A stretch of 64,000 nt of DNA from Gnetum montanum. Its lineage: Eukaryota > Plantae > Gnetophyta. The stretch lies in contig MNCI01001410.1 in NCBI GenBank assembly GCA_015680685.1, positions 8,964 to 72,963 on the forward strand, written 5' to 3'. This document shows, piece after piece, positions 34,076 through 45,656 of the stretch. How positions within the stretch are numbered: position 1 is the first letter of the stretch; each line of letters starts with the position of its first letter. Below the pieces are notes generated by a model that saw only the letters and a list, made by a program, of their open reading frames with translations, was not told the DNA's origin and did not search any database. Made by a program: the position numbers and the translations under genes.

Positions 34076-37000
34076 GAGCAAGCCCGATGGATTATCAGCA
34101 TTTATCCGCACCGTTAATCATCGACATAAATCTCATCCACTTAAGTTTATCAATGAACGACGCAATCATAGCCTCAACACAGCAAAAAATAGATAACTAC
34201 AAAGGTATGACAAAGCCCCTCGACATAGAAGCTGAAAACATTACCGAAGACCCGTTGACCGAAACCCCCATCACCATGCCCGATGGAGAAATTAAAATAT
34301 TAAAGCTAACACATTACTGCAACCCCAACTGGCCAAAGACCTAGAGAATGTGCTTAGGGACAACTTAAAAGCATTCGCTTGGTCTTACACCGACATGGCG
34401 TGGTTAGATCCTCGAATCGTCTAGCACAACATTATCCTTGATCCGAAATTGATGCCGGTAAAGCAAAAAGCATGAAAGGTTAAACCTGAGGTGGCATTGG
34501 CAGTTCGCAATGAGATCACCAAACTTTATCAAGCTGGTTTCATCTGGGCTGTCGATTATGCCGAGTGGGTATCCAACATGGTTATTGTCTCAAAAAAGAA
34601 CGGAAGCATTCGCTTATGCATTGACTTCTGGGATCTTAATGTTGCAACCATAAAAGATGATTTTCCCCTACCCAGCATCGATCAACTTGTTGACTCGACC
34701 ACTGGGCATGCCCTATTATCTTTTATGGATGGTTTCTCGAGATATAACCATATACACATCAACCTGGAGCATCAGCTCCAGACTACCTTTATGACACCAT
34801 GGGAAACCTTTTGCTACACAATGATGCCCTTCGGCCTCAAGAACGCTGAGGCCACATATCAAAGGGCAATGACATTCATTTTTAGCGACTACATGCTACA
34901 CTTGCTCAATGACTATGTCAATGATATCGTGGTTAAATCAAAAACACCACAACAACATGTACAAGATCTTGATTTAGTACTAAAACGTTGTTTAAAATAT
35001 GAGCTGAGACTTAACCCAAAGAAATGCGTCTTCGGTGTCAAGACAGGAAAAATGCTTGGATTTATAGCTTCAGAAGTAGGGATATGGGTAGACCCCGATA
35101 AAGTTAAGGCCATAACAAACTTAAAACCACCTGGCAACCTTACCGAACTTCGAGGTCTACAAGGTAGATTACAGTTCATCAGAAGGTTCATAGAAAAACT
35201 AACAGACAAATTAAAACCTATGAATCACTTGTTACGCAANNNNNNNNNGGTGGAGAGGTCATGTTTAGCTTTGGTCTTTTCTCTAAGAAAATGACGACAT
35301 TACCTCTTCCATAACCAAGTTAACATAATCTACAAAGATAATGTGCTCAGAGCCATCACAGGAAACATTTACGAGACAAGTCGAATAGCTCGTTGGAAAG
35401 ACATGATAGCTAAGTTTGACCTACATTACATAGCGCAATCATCCATTAAGGGTCAAGCCATAGTAAATCAAATGGCCACATCACCAACGCACGATCAAGC
35501 AACGATAGAGCCAAAATTCCCAGATGAAAATATAAGCGCAATAGACATAGTACCCAATGACTACGACGCCATTTTAAACTTTGATGGAGCATCCACCTCT
35601 CGAGGGGGAAGTGCTACCACTATCATCACCTATCCCTCTGAGGAGATCAGACCCTTTGCTTATCGTTTCAACTTTCACTGTACCAACAACATAGTAGAGT
35701 ACGAAGGTCTCCTTAGAGGTCTTGCACCAGCACTGGCTTCAGACATCACACAACTGGTGGTCAGAGGAGACTCACAACTGGTCTTAAACCAAGTCACAAA
35801 TATTTATACATGCAAAGCGCAACATTTACAACCATACTGTGACTTGGTAAAACATTTAATGAGGTAATTTAAAAACATCGATGTGTAACACGTCTCTAGG
35901 AACAATAATACCATCGCAGACACACTGGCCACCTTAGCGTTAAACATATCACCTGACATGTTCCATACATTACCAAGCTCCATAATCATTTGTGCCAAAC
36001 CAATAACCGATACTCTTGATGCGTTGCTAATTGCATCCGTTAGTACAACACACATGATAGAATGGTATGATGACATAAAAGAGTACCTTCTATGCGGTGA
36101 AACACCGCAACACTTAACGAATGCACAAAAAGATGCGGTACAAAAACGTTCTAGGCAATACGCACTGGTAGGGGACACATTGTGTCATCAACCCTACGAA
36201 GGCATATTGCTAACATGCATTGGTAGTACTAATGCCCAAACCATCGTTGAACAAGTACACGGTGGACTATGCGGAGGACACATAGCACCAAAAGCAATGG
36301 CAACAAAGATAAGATGTCTAGGCTATTATTGGCCACACATGAAGTATGATTGTCTCTCCAAGGTTAAAACATGCAGTACTTGTCAAAGACATAGTAATCT
36401 AATCCATGTCCCACCAAATGAGTTGCATACAACACAAATCACGTGGCCCTTCCAAAAGTGGGGGTTGGACCACATCGGACCACTAACATCCTCATCTTCT
36501 GCAGGGCATAGTTTCATCATAACCGCAATAGAATATTTCACGAAGTGGGTAGAAGCTATGCCCCTTCGAAAAACCACGTCTAAACACATATGCAACTTCA
36601 TTCTCGAAAATATTGTAACCCGTTTTGGCATCCCTATGACCATCATCACTGACAACAGGCCACAATTTAGCAACGCCAAAACCAAAACCTTCTGTGAAAG
36701 CCTGGGGATCAAAAACTCATTTTCATCCCCTTACTACCCCCAGAGAAATGGGCAAGTAGAGGCCACCAACAAAATGATCAATAAAATACTCAAAAAGATG
36801 CTTACCCAAAGCAAGAGAAGATGGCACAAACAATTGGTATACGCATTGTGGGCATATCGCATGACACATCAAACTTCAATAGGTAAAATGCCATATAGCC
36901 TTGTTTACGGTTCAGAAGCTGTTTTACCTTTGGAATTGCAGGTACCATCTTTAAGGATCACACTCTCTGGACTCCTCAATGAAGAGCAAAATAATGACCT

Positions 37001-37301
37001 ACGCATCATTGACCTAAACTCAGTGGAGGAGGAACGCATACGTGCACTCGATCAGATCGAGTGGTACCAAAAATAGCAACGACAACGCCAACGGCACGAC
37101 ATTCATAAGCGTCCCATAAAAGAAGGTGACCTTGTACTTAAAATTGTTCGGGAACACCAGAACAAATTCTTAGCCAACTAGGAAGGGCCTTACTTGGTCA
37201 CCAAAGCATACGACAACGAGGCATTCAAGTTAGCTGATATGGAAGGAAATGAGCTCGCAAATCCTACTAATCACTTATTCTTGAAACCGTTCCATATTTG
37301 A
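34076..37301 (+). pseudogene. pol: Element C pol: RT - RNase H - additional (archaeal-type) RNase H - integrase
   Basis: RT: IRLCIDF.DLN, LLSFMDGFS.YN, MPFGLKNA.ATYQR, YVND. RH: RHYL..RIARW. aRH: FDGAS..TNNIVEYEGLL..RGDSQLV. INT: HGGLCGGH..CSTC, WGLDHIGP, TDN, NGQVEATNK, then a GPY motif. Scattered stops. Confidence 0.95.
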
Positions 37302-37309
37302 GTACAAGC

Positions 37310-37700
37310 TCAGGTACGTGCGAGTCCTAGCATCATAACTATAAACTGATACCACAGCTCGTCTTGGAATCATGACGATAAACTGATACCATAGAACAGT
37401 CCTGGAACCATGACTTAAAATTGATACCACAGCTCGTCTTGGCATCATGATGGTAAACTGATACCACACAGTGTCTGCAATGACAATAAACTAGCACCCA
37501 TCCGGTATGACAGTAAACTGCCACAGTTGCATTCACCAGAGTCCGCTAAGACTATAAACTGGTTTGCCTCTTCACGGTCCGCCAAGACTGAAAACTGGCA
37601 ATGTACTGTCTGCCACAACACTAAACAGGCAATGTCCAACGGGTCATGACATAAAACTAACCCATGATAGTCTGCTAAGACTATAAACTGGCTTGTTCAT
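37310..37700. repeat. 3' UTR tandem repeats (atgac..taaactg core)
   Basis: About 10 diverged ~30-bp units starting directly after the pol stop. Confidence 0.85.
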
Positions 37701-38704
37701 CTCTGTTTCTTCAATCTATGGCTGCATCCAAATCGCTGCATCGCTCGCCATCGGCTAATCCTCACAACTTTGCTGCCAGCCATATACCGTGCTAGACATC
37801 TCATCCAGTGCCTTTGTTTCGCCAGTTGCTGTTTAAGTCTAAGCCTACTTACTCACCCATGGTTTTCTTGTTCTCTTGGAGTTGTGTTTACAGGATGACA
37901 CTCAGAGGTGTTCGTACAAGAATGCACTTCGTCACAAGTAGCAAGGTGAGACGTTGTTCACAGCACACATGGCAAGACTAAATCAAACCATTCACTAGTA
38001 CATCTCCATTTCTTGGTACATTTCCTCTCTATTCATCAACATACTCTACTCAGCCACACCTCTGATACACCCAGTACACTCAAAACTTTAAGCATGCTGT
38101 TGCACATTGCAACACTTTGAAGCAGTTGCAACACACAACATAGCACTTGAGCATGAGTACAAGATCAAAACAAAGCTTCTTAAAAAAAACAAAAAAAAAC
38201 AAGATGACAGTTGTCTTGAAAACAAATACTCATGTCAAAAATAATCGAGTGACATCCCGTTGCATGGCTTTGGCTCTCTGCCAAGAGGTTCCCCCTAAAA
38301 CACTAAACAAGAGCCATGTTCCTCCAAAGAATGCAACACATCATCATGTGGCTTTGGTCTCGCCAACAAGTCCTCTTGGACACTAACAAGAGTCTTGTTC
38401 CACCAAAGGATGCGCATCGCATGCCTTGATTCTGAGTCTGCTAAATAATGGCTATTGACAGGGATCAACATGATACACACCCGAGCATCCCATTTACTAA
38501 ACACAATCCTTTGGTCAGTTCCCAGTCCTCACAATCTCCATTTCCCTACCAGCTACAAATTTCACTTTCGCAATTCCATGTACTACTGAACACGGTACGA
38601 TAATGTCTAGTCAAGTGGCAAAGGACAGAGTCTTTATCGAGTTACTTGTGGTGTTTTGTACTTCTTTGTCGACGCTTCTCGGGTCGATTCCTCCAAACGT
38701 CAAC

Positions 38705-38717
38705 AAAGAAGGGCCAA
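38705..38717 (+). promoter_or_regulatory. Element C polypurine tract
   Basis: aaagaagggccaa lies immediately before the 3' LTR. A has aaagaggagctaa at 50926-50938. Confidence 0.85.
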
Positions 38718-40022
38718 TGAAACACCACAAAAATTTTGAGCTTAGTACTTCTCCAATAAGAATCGGGCTAAATCATGACGTTCCTCAGCATGGCTGAAGC
38801 TCGAGGGCCCCGTAGACAGCTTCAAGAGGAGTCGAACTCAACAAGAAGCAGGTCCCCGAGACCCACAGACGACCATGACATCTGCTATCAAACTTGGCAA
38901 CTTTGGAGCTTAAAATACTTAGTTTACACTAAGTATGTATTCTCAGCGTATACGCTGGGCGTATACGCTCGATGCTCACAGTGTATACGCCCAGCATACA
39001 TGCTCAGCGTATACGCCCAGTGTAGACGCCTCACATGTACGCTCAGTAGGTACAACTGATGTATACGCCTAGCACGTAATCCCTGAAGACGGCATGGAAA
39101 CAGCATTGCAGAGCAAGGTTTGGTATAAGGCAACAACTCACACGAGCAGAGCAACCATCAGTGTATACGCCTGGCAGACAGCGTATACGCCCAGAACATC
39201 CAGCGTATACGCCAGCATCCACAACATATACGCTTAGCGTATATACCCAGTACATCTAGCGTATACGCCCTCCATGCCCAGCGTATACACCCACAGTCTA
39301 CGCCCATCTGATACAGCATATACGCCCAGCAAATGTAACATGTACACTTGTAAATTTTACTCTTTCGCACCCGATCAACGTGCCACGTGTCACCCAACCT
39401 AAGTCTAACGTCAAAACCTGTATAAAAACCCCAATTTTTCACTAGCCTAGGGAGGGGGGTTGGCAATTTTGAGCAAAACCAGAGAGAAAAACAGAGATGC
39501 TGAGAACCAGAGCAGAGAACCTTGTACGCTGGATAACCCTGTATGCTGAGCATATAGCCTCTACACTGTGCCTACAGTTTGAACCAGCCAACAGTCATCC
39601 CTACATCCACCGGGGCTATTCGTCCACCTTGTGTCAAAGCCACAACTGCGTTAGACCGGTGCATTGTAACTCTCATTTTGAAATACCATTGTTACATTTT
39701 CTTCCTAAAATATGTTACAGTTTGCATTAACTGTTGCATGTATACTGTTTACACTCTTTTACGTTTACGCTCCGTTTGCATCAGTTACACTGTTTACGCT
39801 CCGCTTTACGCCTGTTACGCTGTTTACATATAACCCAGCATATAGCACTTCGGTGTATGTTCAGGGAAATCCTTGCTTGATCCACGTGCGGACCACTCAA
39901 GGTACTCCACCTTCGTTAATTCCAGCTTGCCCTCAAGTGAAGGTAGGGTCTTCTGTGCGTATCCGGTGATCCCCCGGTCTCTGTTTCCTTCGAGCTGGAA
40001 ACCGACGATTTTGGACGGTACA
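38718..40022 (+). repeat. Element C 3' LTR
   Basis: Direct repeat of the 5' LTR; 54 bp longer, mainly from extra GCGTATACGC units. Confidence 0.96.
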
Positions 40023-40027
40023 CTAAG

Positions 40028-41516
40028 CTTGTTGAATACCTATAGTCATCTTGAAAACAACATGGAAAATGCCTTAGAGAAAAATAGAGGATAAGTCTCA
40101 TTAGACTCTTTAACTTTGCACTAATCAAGGGTTAATGCTCCACTACTATGAGAGTTAATCAATTCCTCCATTTCCTCTCTTTGGCTCACCTCTTTCCCTA
40201 CTTTTATAAAAACCTAAACACCATCAAAAGATAAGCCAAAGAGATCACTGAATGTAAACTCACTAATGCTCAAAACCATAGGAAAACCATGACTATGAGA
40301 GATGAATTTATTCACTCCTTTGTTAAAGGAGTCAATTACATTCACCATCTTTGTTATGGGCATAAATGGGCTAGGAAGCATAAATAGATCAAGTAAACCT
40401 ACATTAGTAATCTTCTATTGAATCTCACAAGGAGCTATGCTTTCCATCCACTCCTACGATGAGATTACTGCACCTCACTTAAGTATGATTTTCTCCTTTG
40501 CATGGCCTAAGGTGATCATAGTGAAAGTAGACCCACGTACAAAGCCTATAACCAAACATAGGTAGCCCATTAGTCTTTTACATAGTTAAAAAATACAAGG
40601 TCAAGAATGTATAAGCATAAAAATAAAATAAAACTAACTAACTAAAACTAAAATTACTAGAAAACAAAAAAATACTAAAAATGTTGGCTATACAAAAAAG
40701 AAAACTACTTACTTTACTTAGATAAAACTAGAGCCTTCATAACCATGGGTGCGTGTACTCCTAGATCTAGGAGACCACACCAGTTATGAGTAGTCCCAGT
40801 AGCTAAACATCTACAATAAACCTAAGAAAACCATGATGTATACCTGCCAAAGTCATCATGTAGTTGTTGCAACACCACCAACATTACAATTTGACCTTAT
40901 GTAAGTACTTCCAAGGTTGTATGTGCCACAAATAGAACTTCAACACTTTTGATTAATCCTCCATCATGTACCCTATACCTATAACATGAGAACATGAAAA
41001 CCATTAGAAAAAATAGCTTTGGAATAGCAAAAATAAAATGAAAATTTGAGATAGAGCTTACACTTACAAAAGATAGAATATTTTGAGAAGATTTTAAAAT
41101 AAGTTGTTGATCGAGTGGCCTACCATCAGGGTCTTATTAGAATTGTATCAAGAATACTTAGGCATATCCTAGATCTGGGATAACTTTCACATACTTGGGG
41201 TAAACAAACTATTAAGCTACTCACCCTCTACTCAAGTATCAAGATCATCTATAATGAACTTCATGATGCAAATAGCAGATCCTAACAACAAAGTCTCTGC
41301 AATCATAGCTACAATGTCCATGCCAAAGTGTGACCACATGATCATACTAAATTTTTGGTGTAGGGGTGCCAAGAACTCTCTTACCCTAGGTCTAAACCAC
41401 ACTAAGTCACAATGGTCAAGACCCATGTTGGGGTTTAGACTATTCTATTAGCTACCCCCATGCAGAATAGGATCCCTACTAGCTCAATGACAATTACAAT
41501 GGATTTAAAAAATTCC
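40028..41516 (-). pseudogene. Element A antisense accessory gene, 5' exons (FCP1/NIF-like and start of PMD-like region)
   Basis: ctatgtag| is followed by IVIVIELVGILFC, VWFRPRVREFL..KFSMIMWSH (41232-41426) and YNSNKTLMVGHSINNLF*N, then a GTAAGT donor. ETYPLF lies near 40090. Confidence 0.72.
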
Positions 41517-43439
41517 CTACATAGATAAACCATATAGCCATAGGAAAATATGATAACATTAAGGCAAAATTAGACAACAATAGAACCAAGTATAACACAT
41601 GTGATGCCAACGTTGGTACAAAAAGTGCACAAAAAATGTGCAAAATAACCAAAATAATTAGTTCCAACTATAACATGAACAAAAGTTTAACCTCTTGACA
41701 TATTCACAAACACATAACATGAAAGCTCACTAGTAGACATTTAAGCAAATAGTTATTATGAAAACAAAATTTAACATAACTAGCAAGCTAAACTTGATAG
41801 CATTGAAGCCTTGTGCATAAAAACTAGTAAGAAACATGATGTCAAAACTATGTTATTAACTTATATGCTAGGCCCAGGAAAGATTCAAGGGAAAGTGGTA
41901 GTGAAAACATGAGTTTTATTGTATAATTGAACCAATACGCTACCATCAAAAGTTATGAAAAATCTCAAAGCATCCTGCATGGCCCAAAAACCATAGAAAA
42001 TATCATACATTGTCCAAGATGCCTAGGAAAAAATTCATTATAGCCTAAAATCCAAACCAAGATGACCAATGTTGTCAATATTGCCTAAAAAGCTTGACAA
42101 CTCAACATAGAAACTGCAACAAACTTACATAGTTTCCATGGCTAGAAAAAATTAAAAATTTTATTTCTAGATCTAAACACTAAGAACAAGTACCAGATAA
42201 TCCAAACCCTCCTTCAACATTGCACTAACAACTCTTAAATCACCAAAATCTTAATTTGGAATTGCTTAAATTTTTTCCAAAAAACCCAATTTATAGTGAA
42301 ACTACTAGAGTAAAACCTTTGTAAAAAAATATGAAAAAAATTCAAAAAAATTCCAAAATTCATCTTAGGCCCCTCTACACTACACCAGTAACCCCCAAGA
42401 ACCCTAGACACTACCCATAAGTGGCTAAAAATTGTCAACACTATTAATTTTTCAAGGGAAAGATTGCAGAAAAAGCAAAAAACATTATGCATTGGGTTGG
42501 AGGAAAGACCATAAAAATTAAGAACTCCAAAAATTATGACTCTACCACTAGTGCCATGGTAAAACCTTGTACTACATTCCTATGAAGCCCAAAACTAACA
42601 TTTTCATTCCATGAACTTATTAAAAAGGAACAATATTTGACTAATTTTCATCAAAATCAGAGAAAAAATGTTGTAAACAAGCTTAGAGAAAAAATTCAAA
42701 TATCCATTGAAACACACCTTTAAGCCAAAATTTTATTATAGGGATAGTCACACAACCTGAACCTTCTATTTGACATAGATAGAATGAAACATTTCAATTG
42801 GACCAAGCCTAGGCATTGAAAAACATTCCTACAATTTGGCAAAAATTCATAAAAAATGGCAAGAGATGGGTACTTAGCCATCTTGGATGAAGATCCTTCA
42901 ATTACAGAAGGATTTGAAAGTTTAGATATGATCCATACAACCTTGTCTACATCCTCCAATACAAGATTTCTACTTAATGATCCCTTTCTCTTTAACATGA
43001 TTACCAACACAATATTGATTTTGCCTTAGCTTGTCTACAATGGAAGCCAAAATCCTTACTTCTACTTTAACAACATTGTGCTCAGAGATGTATGGGTGTG
43101 GAATTACCCTCAAATATCAAGTATTTGATATTTAATAGTCAAGCCTTACTTTTAAATACTACCTTAGTAAAATCAAAGTTTGGATGGGTGCATATGTTGA
43201 GAATTGGTGCTTGAAACCCTCTCCTAGTACTTATGCACTATGGATGGAAACTTGGTATGCTAGGAAACTTACCTGACATATAGTAAACTAAGTGTTCATA
43301 AAAGGAAAGACCTTGTACATTAGGTTTACTTGGGGTTATACCTTATGAAGATGTTTGACCTTGAGTGAGCCCCATAGGACGTAAGTAAAAAAATACTAAA
43401 AAATTTCCATATGATATGGTTTTAATTCCAAAAAATTAT

Positions 43440-45240
43440 CACACACTATGGCATCATGCACCACAAGCTGTGAAGCTTGTAGTGTAGTGTGCGAAGCCTC
43501 AACCACTATCTAGATTGACTCTCATACTTTAACCTTGGCTTGGGATGATTAGTAGAGCTATATATCTCTCCAAAATTCTTAAATGCTCCCACATGAGCCC
43601 CTAGATACCAAAAAATAAGCTAAAATGGTAAAGAAAAATCTTACAACTACATTACACACTCAGTACATGAGCCTCACATGCTAGCTAGCTTGTGGAACAA
43701 CATGTGGGATTCAAACCAGTTGTTGCATGACCTTAGACAAACGTGAAAATAGATAATTTCAACCCTAAGTACTAATGGTGATGTTTATGGAGCTCTAAAA
43801 CCAAATCAGAAAGATTTAAAATTAATTAATCCTTAGCCCACATGCTAGGCACATAGACCCCACATGTTGGCTAGTGTGTGGGACAATGTTTTGACCAGAT
43901 CCTGCTACTGAAAACTACTTAATTTGACTAGTGAAAAATAAGAGAACTAAGGTGAAAGATAAGCTAATATTTAACCTCCTTTAAGTCTTTAACAATTGAG
44001 TTTAAGCCTAAGATGCTAAGCTTGTAGGCCCACACATTACCTAGTGTGTGGGCTTGAAAGAAACTCTTACTTAGCTTCTTAGGATGTCAAAATTACTATT
44101 TCTAACACAAAACCATAGGCATTAATATTAGTGGCCCTAAAGCTAAAAAAGCCAAGTCAAACAAGCTTAAAATTAACCAATATTTATCCCACACAATGGG
44201 TAGATAGACCCCACATATTGTCTAGCATATGAGGTAGCATGTGAAAAGTTTCGATAGGTTTTTGACACTAAAAATGGCTCAAAATTTTATTGTTAGAGCT
44301 TGGGAATCTTAAATGGGAAGTAAAGCTAATATTTAACCCTATTTGATTCAAGAAAAGTGAGTTTCGCACTCACATGATGGGCCTGTGGGCTCCACACACT
44401 ACCCAACATGTGGGATAGAATGTGGGCTTCAAACTAGCCCTTGGTTAACTTATTTTAGCTTGAAAACACCTATTTTTAACACTAAAACCTATGCACTATC
44501 CTAGAAACCTAATATGGCAAAAGGGCTACCTTTAATAACTTCATGAACCAAACACTAAGCTCTCATACACTAGGACCCTAGCCTCACATGCTACCCAACA
44601 TGTGGGATACCATGTGAGGTCTTTGAAAACCTTCTACTGCTTAAACTAACTCCAAATTTAGTTCATCTCACATCCTAGGCCACTACACTAACACAAAAAG
44701 TCTATAATAGTTAAAACTAGTCAAAAGAGCCTCCCCTCAAACTAAGTCTTCAACTCTACATATTGGCAACACAAGTGCCACACGCTGGTCAGCATTTGGG
44801 CCAATGTAGGGGATATAAATAAGCTTTTTACTAGTCCAAAATCACTCCTCATAAAAGCTACCTAGACCCTTCTCTAGAGTCTTAATATTACCATAGAAGC
44901 CTAAGAGTGTTAAATACTGAGTCAAAATCACTTGAAAATTATATGGTCAAATTCAACATGTTGGGATACTAGAACCACATTTTGTACAACATGTGGGCTC
45001 AACGTGTAAAAGTTTGGTAGGCAAAGAACTCAATTCAAACTCGCTAATCCTCAGTCCAAGACACTCTAAGAAGCCCTACACTTGCCTTACACAGTATAGA
45101 GATGATCAAACTAAGTCAAAAAAATCCTAAACTTAACAAGAATCCTTCACATGCTAGGGATTTGGATTCCACATGCTATGATGTTAGGCTAGACTGCTCA
45201 CAAATTGAGTGAATAGTTCTCACATGCTAGGGATTTAGCA
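43440..45240. repeat. Element A internal array of CCACATGCTAG / CATGTGGG motifs
   Basis: Many cacatgctag...catgtggg inverted-arm units; the same motif occurs in A's LTR (~6700-7050) and 5' UTR (~7780-8250). Confidence 0.75.
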
Positions 45241-45656
45241 CTTCAGCCTTTTTGAGTATGTAATTAGTAAGGAACCTCTTTTTGAGAAGTATGTAATTGG
45301 TTTTGCATGAACTTTTGACCTTTTTTAAGCATATACACAAGATTCACTACCTTGGTTTACAAGCTTTCTACTTGATTCAATGGTTTGTAACCTATTTTTC
45401 TATGTTTTAATTACCTTGAATATTCATTTAGTCTCTTATGCCTCATTTGGCCTTGTCCCACCTTCATTTGATATAATTGAATATCATTTCCAATGCTTTA
45501 TAACATTAATTATCCTAGTTGTACCTTGTTTGGCCTTATCTTGACATTCTTATGTCCAATGATGGTCTATTACTAAGTCATGTTGCATCATTTTGGGATT
45601 ATTTAGCAAATCATGTCATTCTAATGCCACTTAATGTGCTTTTGGTTGATATGTAG

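Larger units (their letters stand above)
21993..40022 (+). mobile_element. Element C: full-length Tat-clade Ty3/gypsy LTR retrotransposon (~18 kb) with split pol and antisense accessory gene
   Basis: LTRs at 21993-23243 and 38718-40022 (TG...CA). TSD TTAAG/CTAAG. tRNA-Asn PBS and a PPT. Domain order gag-PR // RT-RH-aRH-INT. Confidence 0.95.

Noticed and set aside
35240-35248. Apparent deletion of the RT-RNase H connection in C
   Set aside because: It coincides with a short placeholder N run, and A has the corresponding sequence (~46845-47065), so it is probably just unassembled.
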